DNA from: Idiomarina loihiensis L2TR
Lineage (GTDB): Bacteria > Pseudomonadota > Gammaproteobacteria > Enterobacterales > Alteromonadaceae
NCBI RefSeq assembly: GCF_000008465.1
Contig: NC_006512.1
Location: forward strand, 420,001 to 452,000
Length of the DNA stretch: 32,000 nucleotides
Direction of reading: 5' to 3'
Part shown: positions 28,781 to 32,000 of the stretch, piece by piece
Numbering within the stretch: position 1 is the stretch's first letter
Layout of the letters: every line of letters begins with the position of its first letter
Position numbers and translations under genes: made by a program
The notes under the pieces: model-generated
What the model was told of the DNA's origin: nothing
Seen by the model: the letters and a program-made list of their open reading frames with translations, nothing else
The model's database searches: none

Positions 28781-30172
28781 ATGACTAAAATAGCCTGGCA
28801 GAATACAAAACACATTGTTGTCCTTGGTCTTGGAAAGACCGGGGTGTCTGTGCTGCGCTATTTACAACATAAACGGCAGCAGGATCAGAAGCTTGCCGAG
28901 GTCAAAATTCAGGTTTTTGATTCGCGTGAGAACCCTCCGGGCCTGGAAGAAGCAAAACAAATACTGGGCGATGCTGAGCTGATTAATCGGCATTGGGAAT
29001 TAGAAGACACGCTGGCGGCCGACTTAATTATAGCAAGTCCAGGTATCGATTTACGTGAAGACCCAGTCGTTTTGGCGCGTGATGCAGATATTCCGATTGT
29101 TGGTGATGTTGAGCTGTTTGCGCAAGAATCAAAATTGCCGATAGTAGCGGTAACTGGCTCTAATGGAAAATCCACAGTAACTCGCATGGTCGAGTTTGTT
29201 GCTAAGCAATGCGGCAAAAATGTGGCTGCAGCCGGCAATATAGGCGTACCAGTACTCGACTTGCTGCTGCAGGAGCAACACCCCGATGCTGTAATACTGG
29301 AGCTTTCCAGTTTTCAGTTGGAATCAGTTTCCAGCTTGAAACTTAAAGCGGCGGCACTTATGAATATTAGTGCCGACCATATGGATCGTTACTGCACTCT
29401 GGATGAATATGTAAAAGCTAAGCAACGCATTTTTACTCATGCAAAAACCTGGATACTGAACCGTCAGCAGCAGGATACCTGGCCACACCCGGTTACGGGA
29501 AAATTAATGACCTTCGGTAATGACTCGCATCCCAAACACTTTGGTTTGCTATCTGGAAATATCGACCGTGTCAGTGGGCCGGTTGCCGTGACTTTCGATG
29601 GCAGTGTCGTACTGCGGGCAGATCAATTGCAACTCCAGGGCATTCATAATCTGGTGAATGTGCAGGCAGCTCTGGCTTTGTGTCAGGCAATAGATATTGA
29701 TATTGAAGCCGCGGTTCGTGCGGTAAAAGAGTTTAAAGGACTGCCGCACCGCTGTGAATTAGTCAGTGACAATGAGGGCGTGCTCTGGGTTAACGATTCA
29801 AAAGCCACAAATATCGGTGCTACTGCTGCCGCGGTTGAGGGGCTGAGACCAATGATAAACGGGCGTTTACTGCTAATAGCGGGTGGGGTCGGCAAAGGCG
29901 CAGACTTCCGTGAGCTGCAGTCGACCCTGGAGCGGGTCGATATTCTCTTAACCATAGGTGAAGATGGTCCCCGCATTGGTCAGTTGTTTAACGGTTCACG
30001 GCAGGTAAAAAGTTTACAGCAGGCCGTGGAGCTAGCGGCATCTTTAGTGCAAACCGGCGACATGGTGCTGTTATCGCCTGCGTGCGCGAGCTTCGATCAG
30101 TTTCAGAACTTCGAGCATCGGGGCGACAGTTTCCGTCATGCAGTGGAGGCGCTTTATGTCAACAGTGCGTGA
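28781..30172 (+). CDS. murD: UDP-N-acetylmuramoylalanine--D-glutamate ligase MurD
   Basis: N-terminal Rossmann GLGKTG, P-loop [18 protein letters not shown], and a C-terminal SPACASFDQF.NFE.RG motif. Confidence 0.95.
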   Translation: MTKIAWQNTKHIVVLGLGKTGVSVLRYLQHKRQQDQKLAEVKIQVFDSRENPPGLEEAKQILGDAELINRHWELEDTLAADLIIASPGIDLREDPVVLARDADIPIVGDVELFAQESKLPIVAVTGSNGKSTVTRMVEFVAKQCGKNVAAAGNIGVPVLDLLLQEQHPDAVILELSSFQLESVSSLKLKAAALMNISADHMDRYCTLDEYVKAKQRIFTHAKTWILNRQQQDTWPHPVTGKLMTFGNDSHPKHFGLLSGNIDRVSGPVAVTFDGSVVLRADQLQLQGIHNLVNVQAALALCQAIDIDIEAAVRAVKEFKGLPHRCELVSDNEGVLWVNDSKATNIGATAAAVEGLRPMINGRLLLIAGGVGKGADFRELQSTLERVDILLTIGEDGPRIGQLFNGSRQVKSLQQAVELAASLVQTGDMVLLSPACASFDQFQNFEHRGDSFRHAVEALYVNSA

Positions 30173-31385
30173 AGAACAGTTAAATCTTGAGATACCGGCT
30201 TCCGATGTCGGTAGTCGTTGGCAAAAGCTGATTAACTGGTTTCAACCAAAAGCCAGTCAGCCACTGTACGACCGTATGCTGTTTACCCTGGCAATGGCGT
30301 TGCTGGCTTTTGGCTTTGTTATGGTCACGTCTGCGTCTTTACCTACGGCAGACCGGTTAACGGGGAATCCGTTCCATTTTGCCATTCGTCACGGCATTTA
30401 TATTCTGATTAGTTTAGCCGTTATGCTGGCGACTTTACGGGTACCGGCGAATAGTTGGAATCAACAGAGCGGTAAGTTGTTGTTGCTCGGCTTGATTATG
30501 CTGTTAATGGTTTTAGTTGTGGGATATGAAGTTAACGGTGCACAACGCTGGATAAAAGTCGGGCCAATTACTTTTCAGGCGGCAGAGGTCGCTAAACTTT
30601 TCTTCTGTATTTATATGGCCAGTTATTTGTCCCGCAGGGAAGACGAAGTCAGAGAAGCGACTAAAGGCTTTATAAAACCTCTGGCGCTGTTGTTTATTGC
30701 TGCAGTGCTTTTATTAATGCAGCCGGATTTCGGAACCGTGGTTGTCTTGTCGGCAACAACCGTCGCCATGCTGTTTTTAGCTGGCGCTAGATTGTGGCAG
30801 TTTTTTGCTGTGTTCATTACCTGCGTACTGGCATTAATTTTACTGATCATCGTTGAGCCTTACCGGATGCAGCGTCTGCTCACCTTCCTGGAACCGGAGA
30901 AGGACCCATTCGGTGCCGGATATCAGTTAATGCAGTCGCTTATTGCCTTTGGGCAAGGCCACTTTAGCGGCGCCGGTTTGGGTAATAGCATTCAAAAATT
31001 ACAATACCTACCCGAAGCACATACTGACTTTATTATGGCTGTTGTTGCCGAGGAACTAGGTTTTCTTGGCGTGCTGGCGGTTATTGCAACCGTATTAATG
31101 TTGGTATGGCGAGCTTTAATTATTGGCCGTCGCTGCTTAATGCAGGAGCAACGTTACGGCGGTTATCTGGCTTATGGTATCGGTATTTGGTTTAGTATCC
31201 AGGCCTTTGTGAATATCGGTGTTGCGTCCGGTGCATTACCAACTAAGGGGCTGACACTGCCTTTAGTGAGCTACGGTGGTAACAGCCTGATCATATCGGC
31301 TCTGGCCGTTGGGCTGTTGTTACGCATAGACCATGAACGTCGGATGCTGGGTCGCAAAGTGGCACCGCGCGGAGGTGCCGAATGA
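30156..31385 (+). CDS. ftsW: Peptidoglycan glycosyltransferase / cell division protein FtsW (SEDS family)
   Basis: Polytopic SEDS protein (QPDFGT, PEAHTDFI, LPTKGLTLPLVSYGG.S). ATG at 30156 with GGAGG 7 nt upstream is preferred over 30138. Confidence 0.9.
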   Translation: MSTVREEQLNLEIPASDVGSRWQKLINWFQPKASQPLYDRMLFTLAMALLAFGFVMVTSASLPTADRLTGNPFHFAIRHGIYILISLAVMLATLRVPANSWNQQSGKLLLLGLIMLLMVLVVGYEVNGAQRWIKVGPITFQAAEVAKLFFCIYMASYLSRREDEVREATKGFIKPLALLFIAAVLLLMQPDFGTVVVLSATTVAMLFLAGARLWQFFAVFITCVLALILLIIVEPYRMQRLLTFLEPEKDPFGAGYQLMQSLIAFGQGHFSGAGLGNSIQKLQYLPEAHTDFIMAVVAEELGFLGVLAVIATVLMLVWRALIIGRRCLMQEQRYGGYLAYGIGIWFSIQAFVNIGVASGALPTKGLTLPLVSYGGNSLIISALAVGLLLRIDHERRMLGRKVAPRGGAE

Positions 31386-32000
31386 ACAAAGTTTTGATAG
31401 CAGCAGCCGGCACCGGTGGTCATATTTTTCCGGCCTTAGCCGTAGCAGAACAAATGCGCGACAACGGCTGGCAAGTTGACTGGCTGGGTACGCAGGAAGG
31501 TCGTTTAGAAAGTCGGGTGATTCCGGCAGCTAACTTCCCTTTACACAGCATTAGCATGACTGGAGTTCGCGGTCATGGGCTGAAAAGAAAGCTGTTCATG
31601 CCATTCACTTTGGCGAAAGCCGTGCTGCAATGTCGACGCTTGCTGAAAACACTACAGCCACAGGTAGTGGCAACCTTTGGCGGCTATGTCTGCGCGCCAA
31701 TGGGGTTAGCTGCGAAACTGCTGGGCATCCCCTTAGTGGTGCACGAACAAAATGCCATACCGGGCATGACTACCCGGTTGTTAGCCCCCAGAGCAAACAA
31801 AGTTATGTTGGGGCTACCGGTTGCCCTCCCGCAATGGCAGCAGTATCCGGTTGTTGGTAACCCTCTGCGCAAGGGGTTATTGGCACAAGCGGCTGAACAG
31901 ACAGAAAAATCAAATACAGACGGAGCCTTGAATATATTGGTGGTTGGCGGAAGTTTAGGTGCGCAGGTATTGAACGAAGCCGTGCCGGAAGCCGTCAAAG
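31382..32000 (+). CDS. murG: UDP-GlcNAc:lipid I N-acetylglucosaminyltransferase MurG, 3'-truncated by the window edge
   Basis: Not in the ORF track because there is no stop in the window. My manual translation from the ATG at 31382 (overlapping the ftsW stop) gives MNKVLIAAAGTGGHIFPALAVAEQMRDNGWQV.WLGT...GGYV..P.GLAA..LGIPLVVHEQNA..G...VVGNP.R...LVVGGSLGA, which matches MurG. Confidence 0.9.
   Translation, partial: MNKVLIAAAGTGGHIFPALAVAEQMRDNGWQVDWLGTQEGRLESRVIPAANFPLHSISMTGVRGHGLKRKLFMPFTLAKAVLQCRRLLKTLQPQVVATFGGYVCAPMGLAAKLLGIPLVVHEQNAIPGMTTRLLAPRANKVMLGLPVALPQWQQYPVVGNPLRKGLLAQAAEQTEKSNTDGALNILVVGGSLGAQVLNEAVPEAVK

Overview
This window is a densely packed, conserved housekeeping block from a gammaproteobacterial chromosome. 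GC is mid-40s% by eye. The gene order is the Pseudomonas/Alteromonadales type as I recall it, and the species cannot be determined from the sequence alone.

Gene order:
- (+) 5'-truncated TetR-family regulator, then mlaFEDCB-ibaG-murA
- (-) degS, degQ, zapG
- (+) zapE, rplM-rpsI, petABC (cytochrome bc1), sspAB
- (-) dolP-diaA-yraN-lpoA
- (+) rsmI, then RNase P RNA (rnpB)
- (-) one CHASE-GGDEF-EAL c-di-GMP signalling protein
- (+) the head of the dcw cluster: mraZ-rsmH-ftsL-ftsI-murE-murF-mraY-murD-ftsW-murG. murG runs off the right edge and is missing from the ORF track.

Many neighbouring genes are translationally coupled through ATGA or TAATG overlaps. The largest non-coding gaps are only about 200-225 bp. 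I see no tRNA or rRNA genes, CRISPR arrays, IS elements, integrases, phage genes or defence-like genes.

I do not find convincing evidence for a novel multi-gene system here. All coding space is taken by recognisable core families. The observations worth a second look are small-scale and modest:
- an unusually crowded mraZ leader (phased GTGG repeats, a perfect DnaA-box 9-mer and three phased GATC sites)
- the lone c-di-GMP sensor gene wedged between rnpB and the dcw promoter
- several intercistronic hairpins that leave no room for a downstream promoter

All product calls come from my own recognition of the translated ORFs and motifs. No database search was run.
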